From NCBI GenBank assembly GCA_964255285.1, contig CAXUUL010000081.1, forward strand, positions 1 to 35,179: a stretch of 35,179 nt of DNA. The letters run 5' to 3'. The notes under the pieces were generated by a model, which saw nothing but the letters and a program-made list of their open reading frames with translations, searched no databases and was not told the origin of the DNA. Within the stretch, counting starts at the first letter, position 1. Every line of letters starts with the position of its first letter. A program made the position numbers and the translations under genes. Of this stretch, positions 1 through 11,739 are shown in pieces. The stretch comes from Ionaspis alba (Eukaryota).

Positions 1-416
1 CGCTGGGAGGGAGAGGGGTGGAAGAGGCAGGGAGAGCGGTGCGGGTGGGGACAGGTGGAGGTCGAGAAGGTGAGGAATGAGGGTACTTTATTCCAAGATG
101 CAGTTGGCAGAGTTGAGCATGGCGTTGTGGCTCGGGTTCCAGCACTAGGTATAGACAGATTTGCTTACATAATTTTCTCGTGTACAGATAGATCGTGCAG
201 GTCTGGGGAGGCTAGGATTTCGCTTCTCTGTACATCAATCTCCTAATCCTCGGATCCCTTTCAGATCCTGCTACTGATGTCAACCGATGCAGAAAATGTT
301 GACTCTCAAATAACAACCCGGACAATCAGGTTTCCAAACTGCTCGAGAAGAACAATGTCCAACAACGGATTGATCTCAACTCCAAATGCCCACTCCAAAC
401 CAAATTCTCGTCATTA

Positions 417-2425
417 TCAAGCTTGCTCCACGTGAACTACGTTTTGGTTAGCATCTAAAGCGATCTTCTTCTTCTCGAGCGAGGTTCGGGTAGGATTGTT
501 CGATGTAAAGATCTCGTCCAGTTCCTCAAGCTACACCATGAAGCGCACATCAGTATGTTCCTGTGCCTACAAGTTTACAGTATTAGAGCTTACCGTTCGG
601 TTTTTCGTCTCAGGAATGAAGAAATATATCGTGATGGTCTGGAACGTGCACCAAAGGATGAAGATGATATAGGTCTTCCAGCCAATACGCTCGAGCGAAA
701 CGGGCCACGCAAATTGGTTCAGTAGTCCAGCTAATCAATTCACTTAGAATTGGCAGAGCCCGATGAGAAGTGCAGTAAACTTACCAGCATTGACAGCCAG
801 ACTCGAAAATGCCATCCCTTTAGCGCGCATCTCAAAGTTCAATACCTCCACAGGGTAGAGTGCCTGTAGTGGCGTGAAGCCAAATGAAAAGACCATGCCA
901 AAGATGTAGATGAGACCAACGGTGGCCTTGGCTGCGGATGCGCTTTGGGTTTGCTCGTACTGAGATGTTGATATGGTGATGCCGAGCCAGACGGCTGCGC
1001 AAGCGCCGTTGGTGAACAAGAGAAGAGGGCGGCGACCCAAGCGATCAACGCATGCAGCACCAGTCATGGCAATCACAAATTGAAGGCAATTGAGGCCAAG
1101 ATTGATGTTGGTTTGGGTAATTGGATCTTTGATACCCGCTGTGTCAAGGACGGCGCCGAGGAAGTAGGATAAAACAGCTGTGGATTGACGTTTCACCTCA
1201 GCCAAAGCTCCTGCCTGAGGAGGTTCGAAACGTGGTTGACTTACCATTCCCAGCCCACTGTCCATATATGGAGATACCTACATTGCACCCAAGGCGATAC
1301 ATAGAGCTCCTGTTCCTGAAAAGCGCACGATAGTCCCACCAACGTTTATCAGCGCCATCCATCTCCAAGTACTGATTATACTCCCGCATCTGAAGCAGGA
1401 CCCAAGTGCTTTCTGGATTGCCTTCACCATGGTAGCGAGTCATCATAGCCTTCGCGCTATCGTGCTTGTTGTTCACGAAGAGCCATCGCGGCGACTCAGG
1501 AAGGATCCAGACAAGGGAGACAATGATGCCGGAGCAAAGAAGCTGCAGCCAGACAGGGATAAGCCATGTCGTGTTTCCGGAAAGATTGAGAGATGCGCGA
1601 ACTGCACCACTGGATATAATGGACCCAGTGAACCTTTCGACCTTGTAAGCAACTTCAAAGCCTCAAAGCCTCAAAGCCTCAAAGCTTCGAAAGATCGAGG
1701 AAGCGAGACGACGAAGGGAAGATACTTACCAGAATGTGTTATATAAAGCCGTTACGACACCACGATATGCTGGATGGCAGACCTCAACCACGTAGATGGG
1801 TCCCGCAGAAGTTGCAATAGCCACACCGAATCCGAGCAAAAAGCGACCACCCATGAACTGGCCCACACTGGCATTGTTGATCGTCGTTCCCTGAACAACT
1901 GTTCCAATGACTATGATGAGCGACCCGATGAACATGCCGATCTTGCGGCCCCAGCTATCTACCGCTGGTCCGATGAATGGGATAGCAATCACTCCACCGA
2001 TCTGATACATTGAAGAGACGATACCAGCCCATATTCCCGCGTTCGATCCATTGAAGAACTTTTTGAAATCGGGGTTCTCGAGGAGTCCGTTCAGGAGAGA
2101 ACCATCATAGCCATTCATGGTAGAGCAGAGGAAGCCGACCAGGCATGCAAGATAGAGCATACATGCTGCGCCGGAGAAAGGCTTGGGTTTCTCCTTGAGC
2201 ATGGCTTCATTGAAGGCTTCATTGCCTTTGATGACCTTGATCTCGGTTATGGTCTTCTCGTGGTCCATCTTTAGAACAAGTCTTAGTATATGGTAGGCGT
2301 ATATGATTTGATATATAGACAATACAATCGTTTGGAAGAGAGTGTGAACATACCTGTGCATCGTGATTCTCATGCTCCTCATAGGACCCTCCAGACCGTT
2401 TTTCTCTATCGATGGAGCTCGCCAT
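417..2425 (-). CDS. crt1: MFS sugar porter, Crt1/LacpB/CltB-type cellodextrin/lactose transporter (~547 aa, 6 exons)
   Basis: Exons 2425-2354, 2268-1730, 1633-1245, 1177-785, 730-594 and 530-417 join in frame across GT..AG introns. Sugar-porter motifs: NGYDGSL, DSWGRK, GGRFLLGFG, PESPRWL, VDRLGRRPLL, PETKNRTLEELDEIF. Blocks such as GIWAGIVSSMYQIGGV, DGADKRWWDYRALF and NAAGLLNQFAWPVS match my recollection of Trichoderma reesei Crt1. Confidence 0.93.
1655..1688 (+). repeat. Tandem 8-bp repeat (TCAAAGCC) x ~4 inside intron 2 of the sugar transporter
   Basis: tcaaagcc tcaaagcc tcaaagcc tcaaagct is read directly, within the intron at 1634-1729. Confidence 0.9.
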
Positions 2426-2520
2426 GTTGAAACAGGGATCGCGGCAATTTCCAGGTAGGGGAAGACGGTAAAATTGACTTGAGCCAAATGCAAAATATGT
2501 AGATATAGGAAAGGACGAGT

Positions 2521-2529
2521 TCTATATAA
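2521..2529 (-). promoter_or_regulatory. Putative TATA element of the sugar transporter
   Basis: TTATATAGA on the minus strand about 100 nt upstream of the ATG at 2425. Confidence 0.35.
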
Positions 2530-3624
2530 GAGTCTGGTGATAGACTCCTACGGCTAGCAAGCCCGGTGTGACAACGGAGTTCTTAACGATGCAGGTTAGA
2601 GCAAATAGAGATGCCGACAGCTTGAAGGTCATTGGACGCTGCGTCCATGCTGATGCAGAACAAGAGAGCTTGTCGCGTCAGTCCAGGCATTGTCTTTGTC
2701 CAACTGGGCAGGAGCTAGGGAGAGAATGATCGACTTGAGGGCCCCCCGCTCTACCCTAATGCTCTTGCGGGGATATAGCTCTATGCTATCAACCAGGCAT
2801 TCTTCGACCTCGGAGCAGACACGAGGACTCCAGAGGTGTGGGATCGTATGCGAGCCGTGCTGATGCGCGTCCAATCGATACATTGTAGTGCAGTTACACC
2901 AAGGTCACTCAAAATCTCGAGACACACGGGTCAACAGCTATCAAGGAGGAGGCCTTCAAAATTGACGACTAAGACTTGATCAGAATCTTTTTCAAGCAAT
3001 GGCAAGCCTCACGATTGAAGGCTGTGGGAATATAATAACGATTATGTTGTTGAATATTGAATTCGATCAGTCCGTCGGCCTCGGCACGCCGTGAGGCGAT
3101 CTGCAACTCTAGTTCGAGTACCCCAGGTTTGTTGGCCTGTCTCTCCGCATCTAACGGCCAATGAGCTGAGAAGCTAGAGCAGTATCTGGTAGGATTCAGA
3201 GCCAGTGTTCTAGCGAACAACTAGAGCGATTCTATGGTTTCTATGCATGACTCGTGTACACAATCATCCTTACTATATGCAAAACTTCTGAGGCTGCTGC
3301 TGGTTTTTGGAAGGCGAAGGAGAAGATCATGTTCTTATGACAATTTTATCCTCAAACAATTCCAACAATGTGCCAGCTTGACCACGAAGGAAATTATCCC
3401 GAGGAATTCGGTGATCGTTCGTTATCAATATCATACACAGAAATGTGACGCAGGTCCATATCATGTTCTCGTTCATCAGACAAGCCAGTCTAGGTATTGT
3501 AGAGGTCATCTTTCCACCATGGTCATGGGTAATATCCGTTAGCGGGTAAGTGTCGGTTCTGGAGAACAGGCACTGGACGCCAAACAATATGCTCTCATAA
3601 AACTGGCCTGGTGGTCGCGTGTAA

Positions 3625-5835
3625 TTAGTAATTGGGGGACAGCTGGTCGTACTTCACACATCTTTCCACCTATACGATTGTCAGCTCCATGATCGTAAAT
3701 CTAGATGTTTCAATACCTACACTTTCAGCCGAAGCCTGAAGAAATTCTCGAGCTTCCAACCCCACCCAAACTTTCAGCATGGAGAAGTCTCCTTCCCGAA
3801 TACTCTGGAGCAGCGATCTTCCTCCGCCTTGCGCTCCAAGCTGTCTAAGAATTGGTAGTGCACTGCACGACGTTAGTGGGACCGCTTTGTCTGCGTAGGA
3901 ACTGAGATGCTGTGTACCTCTTGAACAAGTCTAGGTTCGGATCTAAACTCCTCCCGATACCCTCTAACAACAAAATGCTGATAACGACGTTCACGAAATC
4001 ACCTTCCATTCTAACATGGTGGGCCCGTACCATGCCTAACACGCTGTCTAAGATATCTCCAATTTTGATGTTCCCTAGCGCAAACGTCTTGCTCTTGACA
4101 CCAAGTACGAGATGCTGCATTTTCAAGGCGAATACCTCTTTGTCTATGACTGCTTCAGGCTGCCTGCATCGGTCGACCATCAGGTGGCCCGCGCGATAGC
4201 CGTCGAACTCGGCGATGGCCTTGAAGAGGTCGAGGAAGTTGGTGCGGTTCGTCGCATTGAGTGCTGTCACGAGCCCAGTGTCGATAAATATGAGCTGGGG
4301 ACGATAGCCTTCTTGATCAATCTTCTCCAACTGAGCTATCCATTCCTTCGGATGATGCCGATGTGGCCGAAGTTGCTTTAGGACTTCTTCGGTGACGTCT
4401 GTCGAGTCCTCTGGGTTGTCTGACTGCTTCGTTCGACCGAACGCGAGCGAGAGCTGCTCAGGCTTGAGGAAGCGGACCATGATGTTTCCGGGATGCAGAT
4501 CAGAGTGTATGAAGTTGTCTATAAGCAGCATGTGGAGGAACGCGTCTAACCCCTCGTCGGCGATTTCTTGCTGGAAAATGCCTCCTCCATCTTCTAGGAA
4601 AGCGGCAAGAGGGATACCTTGAGCAAACTCCTCGACAAGGACCTGTCGTGTAGTGTAATCCTGGTAAGGGAAAGGAAACCATGCCGTTGTACGATCTCTG
4701 AAGTTCTTTCGGAACATAGTCAGATTGGCCGATTCAATGCGCAAATCGAGTTGTAGTCGCATCATTTCTCCGAATTGCTCAACTTCATCCGGCAATGACA
4801 ACCATTCGATTGTCGGTATGGCGTTCAGGATCGTGGCAAAAAAGGCCATAATCCTCAAGTCCCGTCTTACGACTTTCTCAACCTTTGGATGTAAAACTTT
4901 GATTGCCACATATGACGATGGGACACGCTGAGGAACACTCTTCACCAAGACATCCACATTTTTCCTGACTCTTCTACGAAGGTTCTGTGGCTGCTCTCCC
5001 AAATCCTCATCTCCAATAGCTGCTAGATCTGGTTTTAGTTTGGCCTTGTAGACCTGCGCTATCGCTCCAACTCCCAGAGGCTTCTCCTGAAACTCTTCAA
5101 AAATATCTTCAAACGGCCTGCCGTTGAAAGCTTTGACTATAGTCTTCTTAGTGGCTGCTAGAGAGTGCGCTGGCGCGTCTGAGTGAAGAGAGGACATGAC
5201 AGAGCACATCTCTTTAGGGAAGATATCAGCTCGGGACGCAGCCCATTGACCAAGCTGCACAAGATTGTTAGCATCCTGGTCCCTTACTGCTCATTCCAGA
5301 TATGTACCTTGATAAATGCAGGTCCAGCGCGCTCCATTGAAAGTACCAGGAAGCCATACCACCACAAGGTCCCACTTCTTTCATTGTCACGGTCTTTCTG
5401 CCGTCTGCCAACCCAAATCACTGGGACAGTCAATATGACGGGAATGAAGATGATAACGAGGTGGAGAAATCGAAAGCCTGTCGCCATAGGCTCAATAAAG
5501 TACTGATCGATGAAGAACACGAACTTCCTCCACACTCGTCGTACTCCATTAATGTTGTCAGGTATAGATTTCTTGAGTTCATCTCTCGATGCCTCGAGCA
5601 TGTGCTCCTCGGGTGTCTTGCCATCTCCGTTGTCCTCTTCACTCAGTTTTACGAATGCAGCCGGAGTGAGTGCACTTAGCAGTATAGGTCCTGCTATCGG
5701 TAATTTGCGTGTTGGTCGGTTCCATGCGATCTTCTTCGTGCTGAAAAGAAGTTGGCGCGGTCGGAATAGTAGGGGACGAACGGGCTTAAATCCATGGCGG
5801 AAGCAGAGGCGGCCAAAGGAGAAGGCCGCTCTCAT
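3625..5835 (-). CDS. CQD1: Mitochondrial UbiB/ABC1 (ADCK) atypical protein kinase-like, Cqd1/YPL109C-like (~683 aa, 4 exons)
   Basis: Exons 5835-5308, 5254-3918, 3862-3721 and 3669-3625. UbiB motifs: GPAFIKLGQW (KxGQ), PLGVGAIAQVYKA, VAIKVLHP, LDLRIES, HSDLHPGNI, FIDTGL. The N-terminus is Arg-rich and acid-free, like a mitochondrial presequence. Confidence 0.9.
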
Positions 5836-6164
5836 TGTAGGCTTCCACAACTGCCTTCACAGAGAGGGAAGAGGGGACGATAAGCCATTGATGAGAATCT
5901 TAGGTCAGTTGTTTACCTACAACGCTTGTGACAGAACAGAAACGCCGACGTCATGCTTGGCCGGCGATTTTTCCGATGTTGCGCCTCTAGAAATAATGCC
6001 GGGATAGGTAGAATTCTAGACTTTGCCTCTATGAGATTATTCTGCATGCACAAGACAACCAACGTCTTTCACCCCCAGCCGTTTCACGAAGGTCATAAGA
6101 CTCTCTTGACACGCCTGAGCTCCACAACTTTCATCTCATTACCACGGCCTGCGACACTCTCGCT

Positions 6165-7202
6165 ATGGGCTGGTTTTGGGCAGAATCCGCGGCTGGATCA
6201 AGACTGATAGCGCCCCATACTTTCCCTTCCTCAAATGCTACTCGTCCAGTAAGTTATGCAGCTTCTTGATTCTGCTGTGGCGAAGCTTATATTTACAGCC
6301 TGGGTGTCCGATGCATGCCTCAGATTCGATATCCATATCCGCTCCAAATAAAGGTACACTACCTTCGAGTGGTGGTTCCTGTCCGATCAAGGCCCCAAGC
6401 GACCGCATAGAACCACGCCCCTCTAGCACGTCAAGTTTGTCAAAATTGAATCCTCTTAACTATATGCCATCGAATTTGTCGCAAACGCGCGCTGTTCACC
6501 AAACCGTGGAGCTCCCCGTGGAGCGCGAGCTTTCTTCGATACCAAGAGGCGATGCTGATAGCAATTGGGAATATCCTTCGCCACAACAAATGTACAACGC
6601 CATGCTGCGGAAGGGATATGACGATACACCGCAAGATGCCGTGGAATCAATGGTAGCCGTACACAATTTCTTAAATGAAGGTGCTTGGGCTGAGATAGTC
6701 GAATGGGAGCGGAGGTTTGCGCGAGGGCTAGGCTATGGCTGGCAGGCCTGTAGGCACGGCGAGCAAGGATCAATGACCGGAGCTGGCATGATAGCGGACG
6801 AGGAAGATGTTCCGAGGCCACGGTTGCTTAGGTTTCAAGGCCGGCCTAACGAAATGACACCAAAAGCCAAAATATTACAAGCACTGGGCCAGGTCTATCC
6901 TTCAAAGTTTGGGTAAGCGCGCACAGCACCTTTTTATAGGGATGAACATTAATCTCAGCAGTGGGGAACCGCCGTTCGATCGTCATGACTGGTTCGTACA
7001 ACGGCAAACAGGAAGCAGCTCACCACAAGAGGTTCGATATGTCATCGATTATTATTCAGCGCCACCCGAGCCAACTGGAGAGCCTGTCTTCTATCTCGAC
7101 GTCAGGCCAGCCGTTGATAGACCGACTGCTGCCGTTGAAAGACTCATGAGGTGGGGAGGTGATGTTTGGCATAGGGCTAGTGGGGCCTCTACTCGAGCCT
7201 GA
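6165..7202 (+). CDS. CYC3: Cytochrome c heme lyase (holocytochrome-c synthase), ~312-313 aa, 3 exons
   Basis: Exons 6165-6248, 6299-6912 and 6959(or 6962)-7202. MGWFWA start, CPM/CPI heme-regulatory motifs, [50 protein letters not shown]. Similar to Neurospora cyt-2 as recalled. Confidence 0.96.
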
Positions 7203-7697
7203 GAGGTTTGTATAAGCCAATGTATTGTATAAGATATCCCGGATAATGGTCTTATTGTTTTCATGCGGAGAAACGGGTTGGGCTTGCGGAACATTCTGTT
7301 TTGTAATTTTAGATCATCTCTTCTCTCTAGACTTCTAGTCCTGTTGTCGAGTCGAGCTATGATGCTTGCCATATTTGGGTCATTCTTACCTGTTACGGAC
7401 CCCGGTTCCCGTTGCCGGTATCAGCGAAAAGAATTGAGAGATTGCCGATGATGCCAAGGCCAGATGACAATCTGATTCAGGGCTTATACCTCACTTCGAC
7501 CCCACAAATTATACGCGTGAAATTTCCATCTATATTGCCGTTTCTCCTCATCGTTCGTCTACTCGTCACTCCCTTCCCTCGTCAGTCAACCTTCATGGCG
7601 GCTATCTAACGAAGTTACTCTTTTCGTATCTACTTTTCGTTCCATTGTTTTCCTATAATTCTTCAACTTCTTTTCCATTAAGTCATCTTCGTTAGCC

Positions 7698-9076
7698 ATG
7701 AGCCGCATGTTTATCGATGCGTTGGAGTCGAACAAACATCCATCGCCGGAATGCCAATTCTGTGGCACCAGGTGCCTAGGTGACTGTGATGATCCGGATA
7801 CCTGTCGGACATGTTGGTCCGACCTCCACTGGGATGGCAGTTACACTAAAATGTATGTTCAGCCATACTGTAAGGCAGCTGACTGCTCGTGTGCTTGCCA
7901 TGTAGAAGACCGAGAGAGGAAGACTCGGAGATGGAGCTCCATTACCGGTAAGACCGAGGGTTATCTGCATCCCTTGGGACAATTGTTATACAATCGTCAA
8001 GGCATATTCCACTTCCTGAGACTACCTGGCGAGGTCAGAACTAAGATCTACAAGTGAGGTTAAAGACGATCTCCAACAAATCAATATACTGACGGGTGAG
8101 GAGGCTCTATTTCCGTCGATTTGGATCTGCTTGCAACAAAGGAACGTTCAGAGGCAGGATTCACACTGCGCTACTTCTGACAAACCGTCAAATCAACAGG
8201 GAAGCTCGCGATTACCCACTCTGTATCAATGAACTATGGTTTCAGAGCCCATCAAAGGCACTGGAATTCTTTGCTTCGGTGTTACACTATCAGCGTCACC
8301 TGGCCACCAACCTTCGCCTTGACGTGGACGACCTCGTGGTCTTCATGGGCGATGCGTTAGACCACTTGATCAAGCAACTCGGACATCTACAGGTCGAGCA
8401 TATCACCATTACCCTCAAAGGTGGTATCGTGAAAGAGTGGTTCGACAACTGGGACTGTTTCTTTGCACGATTCGAAGATCTAGTCCACCTCAAGTCCTTC
8501 AAGCTTCAGATTGGTTCTCGTGTGATCAAGGAGGCTGAAAAAGTGAGAATCCGTACGAGGATAGAGCAGAGCGTGCTCAAGCTACAGGAGTTGCAGCGCG
8601 CACGCGAAAGAAGTACGCTAGACGCCCGCTTTAAGTTTCGTGAACTTTCCATGTGGAACGATCTGTTGACCTTATTCATAGGAGACCAGCTCGCCAACCT
8701 CTCCGCAATCAAGGCGCATGCACATCGGTGCCAACCTCGCCTGGCAGGGCTTCAGACATTGGATCAAGAGTTCCAGCTTTTGCAGAGCAACCTCTTGATG
8801 AGGTATCGGCTACTGCACAATTACGCTGCGGCCTCCGGCGCTGGATTTCCCACTGTCTCGATTCGTCTTACAAAGGCTTATGAAGCTGCCAGAGCTGGCA
8901 AGGAGATAGACTTCGAGAGACTGTCTCTGTGGATCCAGGAGACTCTGGATGAGCAGACCGATGCTATGCTGAGCGCCAGGAGAGGTTTGAGGAGTCTTCC
9001 CTACAATGCTTTGTCAGGCTTCATAACTATGCTCTACGTTCGTATGATGATATCTCTATTCCTTCTAAGATGGTGA
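7698..9076 (+). CDS. Hypothetical protein with a Cys/His-rich N-terminus and an F-box-like 'FLRLPGEVRTKIY' motif (~420 aa)
   Basis: Exons 7698-8053, 8101-8612 and 8682-9076; introns 8054-8100 (branch TACTGAC) and 8613-8681. The LPxExRxxIY...LLxTNRQINREA pattern is typical of fungal F-box-like hypothetical proteins. The 3' end is uncertain (possible extra intron at ~9038-9099). Confidence 0.7.
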
Positions 9077-9700
9077 TGTTTGCTGACATGTTGAAGCAGA
9101 GTAGACAAGCGACATTGACGACCTAAGATTAGAGCGTTCACAGTCGAGAACAATGGTATTACTATGCTACACGAGATTGGCTGAAAGAGCATCGCCGCTA
9201 TGGAGTTTCTGTTAGCTTGCTTGAGGGCCTTGCTGAACAGCAGATCGATCTTGGATTGCGAATATTGCGTGCCATCTGTTCTAGCGCTATGTCGGGAATG
9301 TGCCCACCAAATCTGGGTTATTGCTAAAACTTCGTACTTAGCGTCTGTAGACCTTGTCTAGTATATTAGAAAGTCTTCCACAAACTTCCAGCAAGGATGC
9401 TACACTTCCGATAATGCGTATGCAGTAACCAACAGTGTGATGTTTCTCTTTCACAATTCAGTCGGCGGCTATCAGACAAAGATTGCTTGTTATGATTGTG
9501 ACACGATTCCACAGCATAAAACTGTGTATTCTTCTTCTATCTACCCGTAACGGAACCCTAAGCGTCTGTGGGCGGAATAACTCAAGGCCGGTCGTGCTTT
9601 ATGCCTCAACATGAAATTGTCACGCAGGCAATAGATGATTCAAAATGATGTCGTGAGACATGGGCCGGCTTGCTGATGGGCAACTCGAGTGGTAGGAGCG

Positions 9701-11739
9701 ATGGATTTCTCGCCTTTCAAAAAGCGGAAGCTCTCACCAACGAAGTCAGTCACGGTCGACGCGTCTGGAAACCTCCCGCCAGGTAGTAGCGTTGGGCGAC
9801 TTACACATCAGTCATCATACCTTTCACCCACCAAGTCGAGTCTTGCACGATTTAATCCGAGTCTACTACCGAGGGCGGTCTCAGCACAAACAGGTCTACA
9901 GGGGCAGGATGCACCAGAGGGTGAAGTTGAGAAAAAGAGGGAAGATCAAACACGTTCGGCGCGTCAGAGAAGTCTCAATCCTACGGCATTGCGGCCTTCC
10001 ACACCCAAAGACAAATTGGATGTACAGAATAGGACGAAACCGCGTGCGTCCACTGCTTCTCCGAGTAGGTATGGACAAGCTCAGGGCAAATCATCGGACA
10101 GGCCTCCCCGGCGCAAATCGCAAACTCCCCAGCCGGCACCTAGCTCCAGGCCATCATCGAGCTACGTCAATGCTGTGATTCCTGCATCGCCTCCGCAAAG
10201 AGCACAAGCAGCTCGAAAGAAGACACCAAATATAGCCAGTGATCAATTGGAGCATGAATTGCAGGAAGTTATGGCGCAGAGTACGGTCCAAGATTCACTA
10301 CCTGATGTGACCCCTACCTTGGATGAAAATGCTGCATCCGGTGAACCAGAACTACCTCCTACTCCTATACAGTTGGGCCTTGAGCAAGCGCCGACACCTC
10401 CCCAAGGATTGCTGTTCAGCAGTCCATCTCGCAGATTGAGAAAGAAGAAACCTTCTAGCGTCAGCTCCTCTCCGTTAAAGCCTAAGGATTCTCAGCCCGA
10501 CCTAGGCCTAGTCACGTCACAGACACAGGCAGCAGATCTTTCGACCGATGTCGAAGATCCCCCTGGAGACATCGAGCGGCGCAAAGATCCAGAAATACTG
10601 GATAGGCAGGCGACAATTGACCAATTGACCCTTCAATTGAAGGGACTTCAGGACGATGTTACACAACTGGAAAGGTGGCTCGAGCTGGCTGGGGACGCTG
10701 TTTTGTTTGATCAGCAGAGTCAGGAAGAAGCTGAAGAGTTACTGTATGTACCATAATTCTTACCCGTCAAGCAGTGCTAATTCTCAACCTCAGAGAAATA
10801 TTAACCTCCACCAATCCGTTCCACATGCCCGCGCCCCCAGCACCAAAACCGATATCAATATCGACACGTCTAGCAAACCTACTTCCTTTCTCTCGACGAC
10901 CACCTCCACCATCTCCTAAATCGGTCACCTCAAAATCAGCTCCACCGCGGCATCAGCCCATTCGACTGGAAGAGCCTCTTCCCTACCTCCAAGCCTTCAC
11001 ACCACTCGAGATATCCTCCATAGATACTCTAATCACCTCGTCCACGATTGACGAGCCCTATCTACAGCAACAACAGATCACTTTGACCTCCCCCGAACAT
11101 CTGCTTCGGGTCGAGTTGCAGCTCACCGTCGACGCCACAATAGAAGCCGTGCACTCGCTGTCTCTTGTGGCAATATCTCCATGGGCAGATTCGGAGCTCG
11201 GTACGTGGATCCGGAAGCAGGCTCCGAAGGGCGACATCTCCAGCATCGGCTGGGCATGCGGACGTTTTTGGGAAGTCGCCTCGATCAGAGCCACTTGCTG
11301 GAAGAGATGTCAGGAGAAATACAGCCATCTTCTTCCAAATGCTGAAATTCAAAGCGGCGATTTGGAGCATGTCGGGAAAGTGAGATCAGATGGCACGCGC
11401 GCTAGAACGGAGTCACCGAACGCAGGAATAGAAGCGGAGAGCATCAGCGGCTTGACGTCTGCTACTGGCCGTAACGTGCTTCTTGCTCACATGGGCAGCC
11501 AGAGCCTCCTTTTCACGCGTGCAGGGGTATCTCTTCTTATCGTTTGGCACATCTGCTTTGATTGGACGGGCGAAGTCGAGAATCATGTCTCTGCTTCTGG
11601 GGTTTTCCCGGCTTCATGGAGAAAAGCTGATAAAAGAGCTTCGTTGGGTAGGGTTGGTGAGCTATTTGAGAAGCTTGTGCAGGATAGAGGCGTGTCTCCA
11701 AGTGTCGAGGTAGTAGTCAGGTTGCTTTTCCCAGACTAG
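9701..11739 (+). CDS. Probable inner-kinetochore CENP-P/Ctf19/Fta2-like protein with a long disordered N-terminus (~662 aa, 2 exons)
   Basis: Exons 9701-10743 and 10794-11739 (GTATGT...GCTAAT...CAG). Ser/Pro-rich N-terminus, then a coiled coil (QLTLQLKGLQDDVTQLE), then a C-terminal region (CQEKYSHLL...LLIVWHICFDWTGEV...KADKRASLGRVGELFEKLV) resembling the CENP-P tandem-RWD tail. The CDS is secure; the family call is inferred. Confidence 0.65.

Noticed and set aside
1..246. Purine-rich start of the window and ORF 55..246
   Set aside because: No credible start or motifs; it may belong to a gene outside the window but cannot be called.
2269..2493. N-terminal extension of ORF 1726..2493 (MHLAQVNF...)
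   Set aside because: It reads through intron 2269-2353 (GTATGT...TACTAAG...AAG); the real first exon is in another frame and starts at 2425.
3912..6007. Antisense and alternative-frame ORFs overlapping real genes (e.g. 5510..6007; also 12879..13373, 15710..16201, 19870..20292, 31487..31921)
   Set aside because: Shadow ORFs expected opposite coding sequence; no independent motifs.
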